Shown: positions 21,622-36,230 of the stretch, piece by piece | How positions within the stretch are numbered: position 1 is the stretch's first letter | Layout of the letters: every line of letters begins with the position of its first letter | Assembly (NCBI RefSeq): GCF_009914755.1 | Contig: NC_060935.1 | Reading direction: 5' to 3' (one strand) | DNA: 64,000 nucleotides | Source of the DNA: the human T2T-CHM13v2.0 reference genome, Homo sapiens | The notes under the pieces: model-generated | Told to the model about the DNA's origin: nothing | The model's input: only the letters and a program-made list of their open reading frames with translations | Database searches by the model: none | Made by a program: the position numbers and the translations under genes

Positions 21622-23006
21622 TTTGTAAATGCGGTATTTTATACAATTATGTCATATAAACTTCCTTTAACCTCCCTATCCTATGTAATTCAAAATATTG
21701 CCTTTATCGCGTCTCAGAATTACAGTGTTCCCGTTTTCAAATTTTAAATAGATGCAGTGTTCCTCCCAAGTGATTTAAAAAAAAAAAAAAAAAAGCTAAA
21801 AAATAAAGCTGGAAAGAGCAACAAAGCAAACTGCCATATTAGCCGGGGGCGGTGGCGGCGGCGGTGGGCGACTGTAGTCCCAGCTGCTTGGGAGGCTGAG
21901 GCAGGAGAATCGCTTCAACCCGGGAGTCAGAGTTTGCAGTGAGCCAAGATTGCACCATTGCACTGCAGCCTGGGCAACACAGTGAGACTCTGTCTCAAAT
22001 AAATAAATAGCCATAATTAAATATGAAAAAAAGCAAACAGATTTTTAAAAATATCGGCTGGGCACGATGGCTCATGCCTGTAATCACTTTGGGAGGCCGA
22101 GGCGGGAGGATCACGAGGTCAGGTGATCGAGACCATCCTAGCTAACACGGTGAAACCCCGTCTCTACTAAAAATACAAAACATAAGCCTGGCGTGGTGGT
22201 GGGCGCCTGTAGTCCCAGCTACTCTGCACTTCAGCCTGGGCGACAGAGCAAGACTCCATCTCAAAAATAAATAAATAAATAAATAAAAATAAATAAATAA
22301 ATAAAATAAAACATCAATGGGGCGAGGCATGGTGGGTCACACCTGTAATCTCAGCACTTTGGGAGGCCAAGGTGGGTGGATCACTTGAGGCCAGGAGTTT
22401 GAGACCAGCCTGGCCAACATGACAAAAACCCACCTCTACTAAAAATATAAAAAATACAAAAATTAGCCTGGCATGGTGGTGCACATGCCTGTCGCCCCAG
22501 CTACTCAGGAGACTGAGGCATGAGAAGTGCTTGAACTGGGAGGCAGAGGTTGCAGTGAGCTGAGAGCATGCCACTGCACACCAGCCTGGGTGACAGAGAC
22601 TCTGTCTCCCCTCCCCCTGCCAAAAAAAATCAATGATACAGTTAGTTCTAAGAGAAGGTATAATGATATAATATTTTTTCTTTTCGCTTACCTTCATTGT
22701 CTAAATCGTCTATAATAAACATACAGATTTTTTGCCCCTTTTCTTGAGACTCCGTTTCAAAAGGTGGTATTTGTAAATGTGGTATTTTATAAAATCAGGT
22801 CATATAAATTTCCTTTAACCTCCCTACCCTATGCAATTCAAAATATTGCCTTTATCTCGTCTCCTCAGAATTACAGCGTTCCCATTTTCAAATTTTAAAT
22901 AGATGCAGCATTCCTATCAAATGATTAAAAAAAAAAAAAAAAGCTAAAAAATAAAGCTGGAAAGACCAACAAAGCAAACTGCCATATTAGCTGGGGGTGG
23001 TGGCGG
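21622..23006 (+). repeat. Local direct duplication of ~235 bp (21622-21858 and 22770-23006)
   Basis: Both copies read tttgtaaatg..gtattttata...cctttaacctcccta...aaaataaagctggaaaga.caacaaagcaaactgccatattag; roughly 90% identical by eye. Confidence 0.9.
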
Positions 23007-23139
23007 ATGTCTCTGACTCAAAAAAAAAAAAAAAAAAAAAAGGAAAAAAAAATATTTCTCATAGATTTATTTTTCCCTTATCTACTCCCAAGCCACCCCC
23101 TGCCAGAAGAAAGGTTCTACAAAAGCAGAGGGTTTTTTT

Positions 23140-23220
23140 TTTTTTTGTCTGTTTGATGTACTGCTAAATCCTAAGCCCCTAGGGAGAGTATCTGACAAAT
23201 ATATTAGATATTGATAAGAC
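23140..23220 (+). mobile_element. L2 3'-end fragment
   Basis: tttgtctgtttgatgtactgctaaatcctaagccccta..gtatctgacaaata resembles the L2 terminus. Confidence 0.55.
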
Positions 23221-23254
23221 CAATTTTTATCCCCGTTTTTCTTTTTTTTTTTAA

Positions 23255-23383
<129 letters not shown>

Positions 23384-23541
23384 TAAGAGAAGCAGTTGTA
23401 TGTTTGAAGACCCGTCTGGGTGATGCTGGCTCAACAAGTAGGAGTTGACATGACTGAGTGCTGTACTCATGTGAGGACTAGGTATGGGGGCCCAAGCTGA
23501 TTCTCCTCCCAGCACTTGAGACAAACAGATTTCTTAAATAA

Positions 23542-23887
<346 letters not shown>

Positions 23888-23962
23888 TAATTTCATGTTA
23901 TGTGAATATAACCTCAATAAAATTTTTAAAAATAAATTTTTAAAAAGGGAAATTTATTATAC

Positions 23963-24303
23963 CTTGTCTTTCCTTCCTTTTTTTGTCTTTTCAGGTGGTG
24001 GCATTTTGGGAGCTGGTGGTGGTGGAGGAGGAGGAGGAGGAGGTGGTGGTGGTGGTTCTATAATGGTAGCGGTAGGCACAGCACCTCGGGCCTGAACTGG
24101 CTGCAATGAGGGAGCAGTCACTCCAATTGGGACAGAACATTCTGCATAACTCATAATTGCAGGTGCTGCCGCTAGTCCAAGGTAATTTGACTGCAGGCTC
24201 ATTCCTCTGGCCTGATGACCCATTCCTGCTGCTGGAAGGCTAACTGGTATTGTCTGATGTCCAATTCCTGTTGCCTGGTTTCCAATCCCTGCTGCCTGGT
24301 GAC
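23963..24303 (-). CDS. FNBP4: FNBP4 exon 15 (GHQAAGIGNQATG...[32 protein letters not shown])
   Basis: Acceptor tgttag|GT, donor AAG|gtataa; 341 nt; overlaps ORF 23957-24319. Confidence 0.95.
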
Positions 24304-25014
24304 CTAACACAGAAAACATAAAATGATACTATAAAAAGGACATCATGACAAGAACAGATGCAATGAAAAGAGAAGTGGGGATTAGATCACATAGAAAATG
24401 ATTCCAATATATCCTTTTCTAAAAAGCATAGCCATATTTGCTGGTAGCAAAATATATTAATTTTGAATACCTTGGCATTAAACTACCTAAACATCGAAAT
24501 CATCAATGTACATAAATATACAAGACAATCTGGAAGCATATGTGCTGAACGTTTTTTGTGTTTTTGAGACAGAGTTTTGCTCTGTCGCCCAGACTGGATG
24601 AAGTATAGCAGTGTGATCACAGCTCACTGCAGCCTCAACCTCCAGGGCTCAAGTGATCCTCCCACCTCAGTCTCCTGAGTAGCCGGGACTACAGGTGCAG
24701 ACTACCATGCCTGGCTATTTTTGGTCTTTTTTGTAGACAGGCTTTTGCCGTGTTGCCCAGGCTGGTCTCCAACTCCTGAGCTCAAGCAATCCGCTTGCCT
24801 CAGCCTCCCGAAGTGCTGGGATTATAGGTGTGAGCCACTGTGCACGGTCAGCTAAACTGTCAAAAGTTTTTTTTTTTTTTTTAAGTAAAATAAATGCATA
24901 CTGACAGTCTTTGCAATCAAGAGCCTTTAACATTTCTTTAGTTTTTATGGCATCTAATGCTGAAAAGAAAAGAAACAATACATTGAGGAAAAACCACGCT
25001 CTATGCACAATTAC

Positions 25015-25159
25015 CTGTAGCTATAGCTGACTGGCTATAGAGAACTGGAGAACTGCCAATGGTAGCTGACCTCTGAACCACTGCAGTGCTAATTTCTGTA
25101 GCTTTCCTCTTTATTCCTTTAGTGGAAGAAGAACTAGAGATGGTGGAATCAACTGAACT
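25015..25159 (-). CDS. FNBP4: FNBP4 exon 14 ([22 protein letters not shown]...SAIAT)
   Basis: Acceptor tttcag|AGT, donor G|gtaatt; 145 nt. Confidence 0.94.
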
Positions 25160-25454
25160 CTGAAACACAAACATTTGTTATCAGTGGCTGAAGGCCATGG
25201 TTAAACATAGCCCGCTCCCACCTCCTTTTTTTGAGACAGGCTCTCATTCTGTTGCACAAGCTGCAGTGGTGAGATCATGACTCATTGCAGCCTCCTGGGC
25301 TTAAGCAATCCTCCTGCTTCGACCTCCCAAAGGTCTAGGATATAGGCGTGAGCCACCGTGCCCGGCCTTTAAACATATGCTTCTAAAATAAAACATGGTG
25401 TCAATCATGTTCCAGTCCTCAAAATCACTCAGAATGCCAAAGGGAATTACTTAC

Positions 25455-25765
25455 CTGGCTAGTTACAACTGTGGTTTGTGCTGAAGGTTTCAAAGGGGTA
25501 TCTTCCTCTGTTCCTGGGGCAGGGGGCTCCTCACTTCCCTCATCCTCCATCTCTACCTCCTGGATCTCACCATCTTCCGCAGGAGGAGGTGGTGGAGGAG
25601 GGGGTGGAGGTGATTCTGGAGGTGGAGGTGGGGGTGGTGGCATTTCCAAGGGTAATGGAGGTTGAAGCACAGGAACATTTGACTGAAGGAGGGTCCAGAA
25701 TGGAGTAAGTGGCATGAGTGATGAAGAAGAAACTTGACCAGAAAAGGATTCTTTACAAAGAGAAC
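25455..25765 (-). CDS. FNBP4: FNBP4 exon 13, polyproline region (GSLCKESF...[26 protein letters not shown]...VVTSQ)
   Basis: Acceptor ttcatag|GT, donor CAG|gtaagt; 311 nt; overlaps ORF 25425-25715. Confidence 0.95.
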
Positions 25766-26829
25766 CTATGAAAACAGGTAAGAGTCAGGGAAAAAGCAAG
25801 AAAAAAACTCCCTGGCTTATATTCATAGAAATGTTCAACTGGTCAGTAAGATAATCATTTATAGGAACCTAGCACAGTGTACAAAACAATACAGAATGTG
25901 GTGTCAAACAGCAGGGAATGGCTCCTTCCTTGAAAAAAATTTGGCCCACAGGCATCTATTCTATACTGATATCGCTAAAATATTGAACAACTCAGTTCAG
26001 AAATGACTTCCACGGAAAGATAAATTTATGAACTTCATAGCACCTTCCCCATCTGTATTATACTTGTCCTTCGGGTCCATATTTATGGATGAGTAGAAGA
26101 ATATTACATCAACTCAACGAGAAATGCAGTCATCTGAATCTGTAGTTTGAAGTTTTTGATTTCAAACACTCACAAGCTTCAACATACACAAATAAAAGGT
26201 AATAGTCTGGAGTCTATTTCAAAAGTGAAGGAGTGAGTGAATAATGTGCACCTGCAGTAATTATTACACATACTTTATTTTTTAGTGAGCTAGACAAAGT
26301 GAGTAAAGACAACCCAGAATATTCATTCAAAATACTCGGGAAAGTTCTACCCATTGTGTTTAATTTGGGTTACTAAATTTAAAAAATCCATTTGCAAGGT
26401 GCTACTGTCAACTATATCATTCCTTCACACCCTTGCATACATTACATTCATTTGTGATATCACAGAGACACAAGTTAGGGATGGCAATTTTTACTTTTGC
26501 GATAAAAGAGAAATTTAGGAAGATAAATCTTCAAAGTATATAACTCAGATTTTTTAAAACTGCAGTGGTTTTGAAATTGCTGTTGCTGAAGTCTACATTA
26601 CGAAATTGCAGCTGAAAAGTTGCAGGATCAGCTTTCCTCAAACTTTGTAAAAGCCATCATTGATTACTGTCTTTTCTCTGCTGGGAAAACCTTTAAAGAT
26701 TAGAGAAAATAGGATATACTTACTTGTAGCCTTCCCCAGCCCTCTTTATCGTCAATAGGGAAGTTTCACAATATATGGGACTATTAGATATATATCCCAG
26801 GAATGTTGAAGGGGATTTTCTCCCTAAAA

Positions 26830-26995
26830 TCATAGAATTTAGGAGTAGAAGAGACATGAGAAATCATCTATTTCAACCTCCTCAGTTAAAGGTAATGAAA
26901 CCCAGGCAGGAACTAACTTGCCCAAGATCATATCAATGTTAGTGGCCAGACCAGAGCTAGAACTCAAGTCTGATTCCTCATCTGATACTTGCTGT
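26830..26995 (+). mobile_element. MIR SINE
   Basis: Core-like gaaacccagg...aacttgcccaagatcatatc..gttagtggccagaccagagctagaactcaagtctg. Confidence 0.65.
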
Positions 26996-27881
26996 TTTAC
27001 TAAGATGTCCTGGTGAGATACCAGGAATCCAAGAGCTTTAGACATCTCAGTCAAAAAAAATATCACTTCACCTGGAGTAGATACCCAGAAGAAGTCACCT
27101 GTTAAATTTCATGGTCAAAAGTGGTAGATTAAATAAGGCTCAATTATGAAAGACTCTAGGGCAAGAAGGCCATTTACACTGCTTTGCTCAAAATACACAC
27201 TGGCACTCAACAAGGTAAAACAAACAAAGCAACCATGAGCCATTTGGGTCTTGCTCTGTTGCCCAGGCTGGAGTGTAGGTGGTGCGATCATAGCTCATTC
27301 TAACCTCAAACACTTGGCTCAAGCGATCTTCCTACCTCAGCTTCCCGAATTGCTAGGACTACAGGTGTGCATCACCACACCTGCTAATTTTTAATTTTTT
27401 TTTTTTTTTTTTTTTTTAAAGAGACAGTCTCACTATGTTGCCCAAGCTGGTCACGAATAGAGTAGTTTTACTTTTTATGGAACAGACAGACAATACATTG
27501 TATAAAAGACTTTAACAACATCATTCCCACTGTCTCCTTATTTTAAGACAGCTGCTTACTGCCACTTTTGGAAAAGGACATTGAAAAAAATTCACCAGGA
27601 ACATAAATGCAGTTTTCTGGCTAAATGACCTCAAATGACTCATTAAACTTTTATATTTGGCCATATTTAATATTAATTTATGCATTAACTTTTAGACAAA
27701 ATCAAGTATGGCCAAGTAGTCTACATTATACAATAGTACACAAGGACTACATCAGAACTAAGTCAATAAACGTTGAGGACTAACTTAATTATTAAGGATT
27801 AAACTCCCTTCTATTAAACTAATCACAACATACAGTAAGTAAATATAAGTTAAGATTTTCTCTATTTTCTTTCTTTTTTTT

Positions 27882-27980
27882 AAAAGGCTAGTCAAGTGAA
27901 GCAGCAGGACTGGAGAAGAAACAAAGTCTGTAACTGGTTGTGATCAATTAGTTGTAAACACCACTGCACTCGGACCAGCC
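27882..27980 (-). pseudogene. Y RNA (hY3-derived) retropseudogene
   Basis: Minus strand reads GGCTGGTCCGAGTGCAGTGGTGTTTACAACTAATTGATCACAACCAGTTACAGA...CTTCACTTGACTAGCCTTTT. A-rich tail 27861-27881; 8-bp TSD agattttc at 27853-27860 and 27981-27988. Confidence 0.92.
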
Positions 27981-28259
27981 AGATTTTCAAATATTGGTGG
28001 ATGTCTCCTCTAGAAGCATAATGCAATACCAACATGTTTATGATGGTGGTGACATGCTATTATGCAGAGGAACTCAAGTAAACACAGAGTCGGTTCAAGG
28101 TTAATAATGTGGTTTATGACCTCCAACAAAGCTAATTAGAATTAACTAAACTCTGTAAATATGAGATTAAACTAGACTTGATAAAATTAGCCACAAATGA
28201 CGAGCATTTTTAGAATATGTGAATCCAATACTTTTCTTCTTTTTTTTTTTTTTTTGTGA

Positions 28260-28475
<216 letters not shown>

Positions 28476-28533
28476 TGATCTGTGTGCCTTGGCCTCCCAA
28501 AGTGCTGGGATTACAGATGTGAGCACCTGGCCT

Positions 28534-28625
28534 CTGCTTTTGTACTTCATAAGCACTTCAAATTCTCACATACAATGTGTCTCCCTCAAACTTTGTTATG
28601 AGGTCAGCACATTACCCATCTCACA
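28534..28625 (+). pseudogene. Degenerate U13 snoRNA (SNORD13-like) retropseudogene
   Basis: cttttgtacttcataagc...aactttgttatgaggtcagcacattacccatctcac resembles U13 5' and 3' parts; box C/D motifs are degraded; followed by an A-rich tail. Confidence 0.75.
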
Positions 28626-29244
28626 TGAAAATAAATAATAAAAATACTCCAATCTCCAACTAAGTTTATTCAAATTATAAAAGCTGTGTCATAGAAATGA
28701 CAATTATCTCCTTTATCTTACGAAGACCATCAGAAAATTCTAGTTTGAATACACATGGATGTCGTATTACAATGATGCTTCTCCTTGCTTTTAAATTTAA
28801 CTTAGTTAGTATTTTTGCTGTTTAAGAGAATATTTAAGTCTGAAGCCCAAGGACAGATTAAAGTGGTATATACAGCTCTTTTTTTAGATGGACTCTTGCT
28901 CTTGTTGCCCAGGTTGGAGTGCAATGGTGTGATATTGGCCCACCACAACCTCCGCCTCCTGGGTTCAATGATTCTCCTGCCTCAGCCTCCCGAGTAGCTA
29001 GGATTACAGGCATGCGACCACGCCTGGCTAATTTTGTATTTTTAGTAGAGGCGGGGTTTCTACATATTGGGTAAGCTGCTCTTGAACTCCCGACCTCAGG
29101 TGATCCTCCTGCCTCAGCCTCCCAAAGTGCTGGGATTACAAGCATGAGCCACCACACTTGGCCTACGCAGCTTTTATTACGTGCTCAAAGATTTAAAAGC
29201 TACAAGCTTAAAACTGAATATGTTATGAGAATACAAATTCTTAA

Positions 29245-29430
<186 letters not shown>

Positions 29431-30516
29431 TGATACCATGTTGGCTGGTCTCAAACTCCTGACCTCAAGTGATCTGCGCGCCTTGGCCTCCCAAAGTGCT
29501 GGGATTACAGCCGTGAGCTGTAATTTTTCCTTTTTCTTTTTGAGACAGGATCTCACTTTGTTGTTCAAGCTAGAGTGCAATGGTGTGAATATAGCTCACT
29601 GCAGCTTCAACCTACCAGGCTCAAGTGATCCTTCCCACCTCAGCCTTCCAAGTAGCTAGGACCACATACTCGTGCTACCAAGCTAGGCTAATATTCTGCA
29701 AAGATGGGGTCTTGCCATATTGCCCAGGCTGGTTTTGAATTCCTGAGCTCAAGTGATCCTCTTGCCTCAAACTCCCAAAGTGCTGGAATTACAGGCATGA
29801 GTCACTGCACCTAAGAACCTTGCTTCTGTAGGCGTCTTTTTTTTTTTTTTTTTTTTTTAGATAAAGAGTTTTGCTCTGTCGCCCAGGCTGGAGTGCAATG
29901 GCATGATCTTGGTTCACTGCAACCTTCGCCTCCCAGGTTCAAGTGATTCTCGTGCCTCAGCCTCCGAGTAGCTGGGATTACAGGCAGCTGCCACCACGCC
30001 CAGCTAATTTTTGTACTTTTAGTAGAGGCAGGGTTTCACCATGTTGCCCAGGCTGGTCTTGAACTCTTGACCTCAGGTGATCCACCCGCCTCAGCCCCCC
30101 AAAGTATTGGGATTACAGGCATGAGCCACTGCACCCGGCCTAGGCATCTTTATTTCTATGTATAGAAAGCCTTCCTTAATTTTCCCCCCAAAGAGAAATT
30201 ATTGTTTAGTATTTTGAATGAAGAGCTCAGTTTAGCAATTTAAATCAAGAAATTATACAAATTGTTCCATGGAGATTAAAAAGAAAAAGGAGCTCAACTT
30301 CACCTAAGTGACATAAGCCCAATATAAAAGATATGTTGGATATCTTGAACCCAACTCATCTTTAGAATCCACTCCATCTTTAAAAACATAATGTTAAATT
30401 CAAACACTGAAACAACAAATAATGATTAAAAATGACTTAGAAAAATAAATAGAACTTTGAAACTTCTTGGCTTCTCACAGTGTAATTTTGCACCCCTTCC
30501 CCCACTTTATTTTTGA

Positions 30517-30666
<150 letters not shown>

Positions 30667-32362
30667 TAACTTTTTAAAACAATTTTCTGAAGAGACAGGG
30701 CATTGCTGTGTTTTGTTTTTTCTCTTCTTTAAAAGATAGCTGGTTTTAACCACCACTGAGCTGATTAAGAGCTCTCTTTATTAGGCTTAGAACTGTTGAT
30801 TATTGCTCTTAAATCTCACAGAACTTAGTGTAAGATTTGGATTTTACTTCGATCAAGTTTATCCTGCAATTCTAGGGGTTCTCAATAAAGAGAGGCTTAA
30901 GAATATAACCTGTTTTATCAGTGGCTTTTTCCTACACTACAACTAGTTCTGTTTTAATTAAATAGGAATGGCTCAAGAGCCTCCTTTTACCAGACAGTAT
31001 CAACTATGTGTGTCATAAAGGGAGAAAACAGCTTAATACTCATCTAAAGTGTTCACAGAACATTCAGAATTGGTAACAGTGGAATTTTCAACTTTGGAAC
31101 ATATAAGGGATGTTGACAGTGGTCAGGAGTGGAGCCACCTATCCAGAACTACGATCAAGCCTCTTCAGTTCATTAACTGCTAAAAAGCAAACAAAAAGAA
31201 CCAATATATTATTAGTCATGTCTATCACTGCTACCAAAAGAGAGGAAAAATATTCAAAAGAAAATCTCTTCATGTAAAAGGGAAGTGAAATGCCCTGTAA
31301 CTTGAGAAAATGCACTTCTAAAATGTGAAGTAGAATAAAATCAGCCTTTTGCTATGTTCTGAAATTATCACTGCAGTTGTATGTGACCTGCTGACGATTT
31401 CTAGGCTATTTAAGAAGTTAACAAAATCATCTGGTACACAACCAGTTTCATTTGGTACATTACTAGTGCTTTTCTACTATCATCAGGGAGCCAGTAGAGT
31501 ACAAGCATCAATTTCGATAAGTTTTAGACAAAAGAATTCAGCTCTTAACTCTGTTATTGACAAATTTCACTTTTTAAAATTTTCAAAGATCTATTACTTT
31601 AGAAACGACTCATAGACTCTTGCCTTCATATGCCATCAGTTTAACAAATAGCTACCAATTCTTAAGATTAACAGGTGGAAGTTTCTTTACACATTGGAAA
31701 CTTTTTAAAAACTAAAGGAACTGAGGAGCATGAAAGCCTATCTTTTAAAAAATGTATGTAACTAAACTAAATTCTTCCAAGAGTACCTTAAAAATGGAAT
31801 GAGACATCCTATTGCCAATTGTTTTAGACCAGAAGATTGCTGGTGATTTTTCATGATCAATTATTTTGCTTCTCTGAAACAAGTACTAATGGCATTTCTT
31901 CATATCATTTTGATTTGTACCAACCACGCTTTTTGTAAGATTAGTGGAGGTGAGAAATGAGGTTGCAATATGAACAGACTAAGTGTTGTATAGAAATGTA
32001 TAACAAATCTCAGCATGCCACATATATTGACAGTTCAACTATCTAGTTCCTCAGCACAAGCATTCCTATTTTTGGAGACCCACAGCTTAGTCAGTGGCAT
32101 GATAGAATGGTTATAAAACAATTTTTTAAAATCAAAATCTGTTAGCCTATCTTTTCACTTTGGGGCACAGTTTTACACGTGATAACAATAGTATGCTGAT
32201 TTCCAACCATAATAACTCATGCATTCCTTGTTTTAGTTCACACCACTATTCTCAATCAGAAGCTTATATTATTATGACATAAAATCTTTTAATAATGTAA
32301 ATTAATAAGATTTTTCCTCTAAAGTCATTTTGGCTGAATTAGTACAAGGTAAATTGTCTCAC

Positions 32363-32550
32363 CTGTGGAAGTTTCAGAGGATTCTGTTGAATTTGAATCA
32401 GTGCCAGTTTTGTCTTTCAAGGTCTGTTTGGCAAGAGTCTCATCTCTATTTTCTTGTGCTTGGCTTTCTTCTTCTTCCTCTTCACCATCTGGAAACTCCC
32501 ACTGAGACTCGCCCGACTGTTCGTTTACATAGAAATACCGTCTATGATCC
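32363..32550 (-). CDS. FNBP4: FNBP4 exon 12, rest of second WW domain (DHRRYFYVNEQSGESQWEFP...SETST)
   Basis: Acceptor atttag|G, donor G|gtgaga; 188 nt; YFY...SQW..P WW signature. Confidence 0.95.
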
Positions 32551-33525
32551 CTAAATTACAAGAAAGAAAACACATGTTTTAAAACCCGTTCTCCTACAAA
32601 GACACTTCCATTTGGTCCTGTCCCAGGACAGCAGTCTGCTTTCACAGGGACGAACCTCTTAATGGACTGCTATTCACAAAGGCAACAAAGAGCTTTGACA
32701 ATTGAGAATGGAGAACCAAGGATAATTCAAAGCTATTTGCACTGCCAGCAACTCTGTGAATACAGCCCTGAACCCTCTCACTCCAACAGATGAGACTTAG
32801 AAAACATTTTTCTCTTTTTTTGTGATTTGCCAATGCATAACAGGGTTTCAAGTTTCATTAATGAAGGGACTCAATCGCCTAGAACACTAATTTCCCTTCC
32901 AAAGAAGAGAACAACGAAGTTTGTGAAAGGTGACTCTTCCCCTCTTGGACCGTGGAATTCACATTTCATATTCTTGATATCAAACACAGTGAAAGCTAAA
33001 GAGAGGGAGAGGATCTGGGAGCTGAAAAATAAAAGAGCAAAGATTTCAAATAACGAAAAAAAAATCAAGAAAAGCCAAATATATAAAGAAATGTTTTCAT
33101 CTGACCTGCTGGCAGAGGATAGTAATCTTGTTCTTCATTCACATCTTCAGCCACGAAGTTTTCCTTAACTTCACCGAGGTTAATCAGGAGTAGTTGCTTC
33201 CAGAGGTCCTGTAAAGCGCACAGAGCTCTCGCATGCGCTTAACCCCCAAGCCCGCCCTACTCCGTGCAACACTCTGGAGAGTAAAAACCAGCTTTGTCCA
33301 TATCTTGGGAAAAAATCCGTTACATGGAACACTTTAAACATTGCTTTTGTTTCTCCAATGTGTGGCTGGCCAAACTTTGTGCTTGCGGTGCTTTGCCTGC
33401 CCAGCACCGCTAACTGCAGCTGCTCTCAGTCTCCAGACAGGCTGTCATGTCGTCAGATGGTGGTGATCACAAATCATGTCTGAGATGTCAAAGGTGAAAG
33501 GTGAAAAGGGGAGAAGAGTGCGTAC

Positions 33526-33659
33526 CTGTCCCAGTGGCAGGACCAGCCTTTAGGAGTGGCGTTTATTTCATACTGTTTTAGTTGTTCTGCTGCATCCTGA
33601 AGTTTTCGTTTAAGGTAGTTTCCATTAAGAGCCCCTTCCCGCCAGTCTGCAATTCGAGT
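33526..33659 (-). CDS. FNBP4: FNBP4 exon 11 (TRIADWREGALNGNYLKRKLQDAAEQLKQYEINATPKGWSCHWD), start of WW2
   Basis: Acceptor ttctag|ACT, donor AG|gtacgc; 134 nt. Confidence 0.95.
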
Positions 33660-33823
33660 CTAGAATAAACAGACAAATAAGTTAAAGACTTATTATTACA
33701 TGTCAGGAGACACAGGCAAAGGGGATATAAACCTTCTGCTCCAAGACTATATCCCTGTGCTCTGGCAGGACAGTAGACCAGAGAGGAAAATAAACCCCAT
33801 CTTCATCTCATAAAATAATCTTA

Positions 33824-34105
<282 letters not shown>

Positions 34106-34491
34106 TCAAAAAACATCCCAAGTACGCAGCAGAGTTCTGAAAAATGAAATTGGGCTCCAGTATATTTTAACACTACCAACTCTCCAATATGTGTGAAAAT
34201 GAGTAGTAGTAGTTTTGTCTTCCCTTTTGGACTTATTAAGATTGGTTTCCCCAGTAGTTTTACTTTTTTTGGGAGATAGTTCACTTATTCCAGTACTGTT
34301 AGTAATCACAGTTAAGGATTCAGTTCTTTTTTTTTTTTAGAGACGGACTCGGACTCTGGCTCTGTCGCCCAGGCTAGAGTACAGTGGAGCAATCTCTGCT
34401 CGCAACCTTCACCTCCTGGGTTCAAGCGATTCTCCTGCCTCAGCTTCCCGAGTAGCTGGGATTACAGGCATGTGCCACCACGCCCGGCTAA

Positions 34492-34674
<183 letters not shown>

Positions 34675-35014
34675 TAATCCTGCCCTGCCATTTTGTAAAG
34701 TATGCAGGTTACAAATAGGACTCAACTTTTCTCTTTAAACAGACTTATAATGCTTTAACACTTACAAAGTACCTTCAACATTACATGGCCTCATCTGACC
34801 ATGATAATATAATTTTAATTTGTGAGAAAAAAGTCTATTTACTGTGCTTTGGTTAACACAGTTTTATTTCCTGGATTGTCGGCTCAAATATTCTTCAAGG
34901 TTAAAAATTTAAATTTAGGCTTAAAATGTAAGCAAGACAGAATCGTTAACACATACAGCATTTCATTCAAACACTTAACTGTTTATGCCAAAAAAAAAAA
35001 AAAAAAAGACTTAC

Positions 35015-35119
35015 CTCAGTCTGTAAGAGCAGCACATGAAAGTTGGAGATGGATTGTCTATTAATGCCTAGAAACTCGAATTTACTTGTCAGGGTATTTG
35101 CCAGTTCTCCAATCTGAAA
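35015..35119 (-). CDS. FNBP4: FNBP4 exon 10 (FQIGELANTLTSKFEFLGINRQSISNFHVLLLQTE)
   Basis: Acceptor ttgtag|TTT, donor GAG|gtaagt; 105 nt. Confidence 0.95.
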
Positions 35120-35564
35120 CTACAATGCAAAAAAGAAAAAAAGTAAAACTAGAATCCGTAACATTTTCTGTATTATGTACAATCCTTCATTTATTCTTAT
35201 AGATATTAGAAATATGGGTCTGCCTATAAACAGCCTTCCCCAAACAGCTGTATTTAGTTATCCAGAATATAAAATTCTAATTTATAGTAACATAATACAC
35301 ATAACAAAGTGACAAATAATGACAGGAATCAAATGCATATCTACATAATCACAATGCATTTTAAAAATTATTCAAAACAATTATTTTGTTTCAGACAAAG
35401 GTCTTGCTATTGCCCAGGATGCTCCTGAACTCCTGGTCTCAAGTCAGCCTCCTGCCTTAGTCTCCCAAAGTGCTGAGATTACAGATGTGAGCCACTGTGC
35501 CCAGCCCATCATAATGCATTCTAATACAACATGGAATTCAATAGTTGCAAATGGATCCCAATAT

Positions 35565-36230
<666 letters not shown>

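Noticed and set aside
26718-27105. Isolated consensus donor (CAA|gtaagt, 26723) and an AG/GT site near 27097-27100
   Set aside because: No convincing matching acceptor, so no exon could be defined
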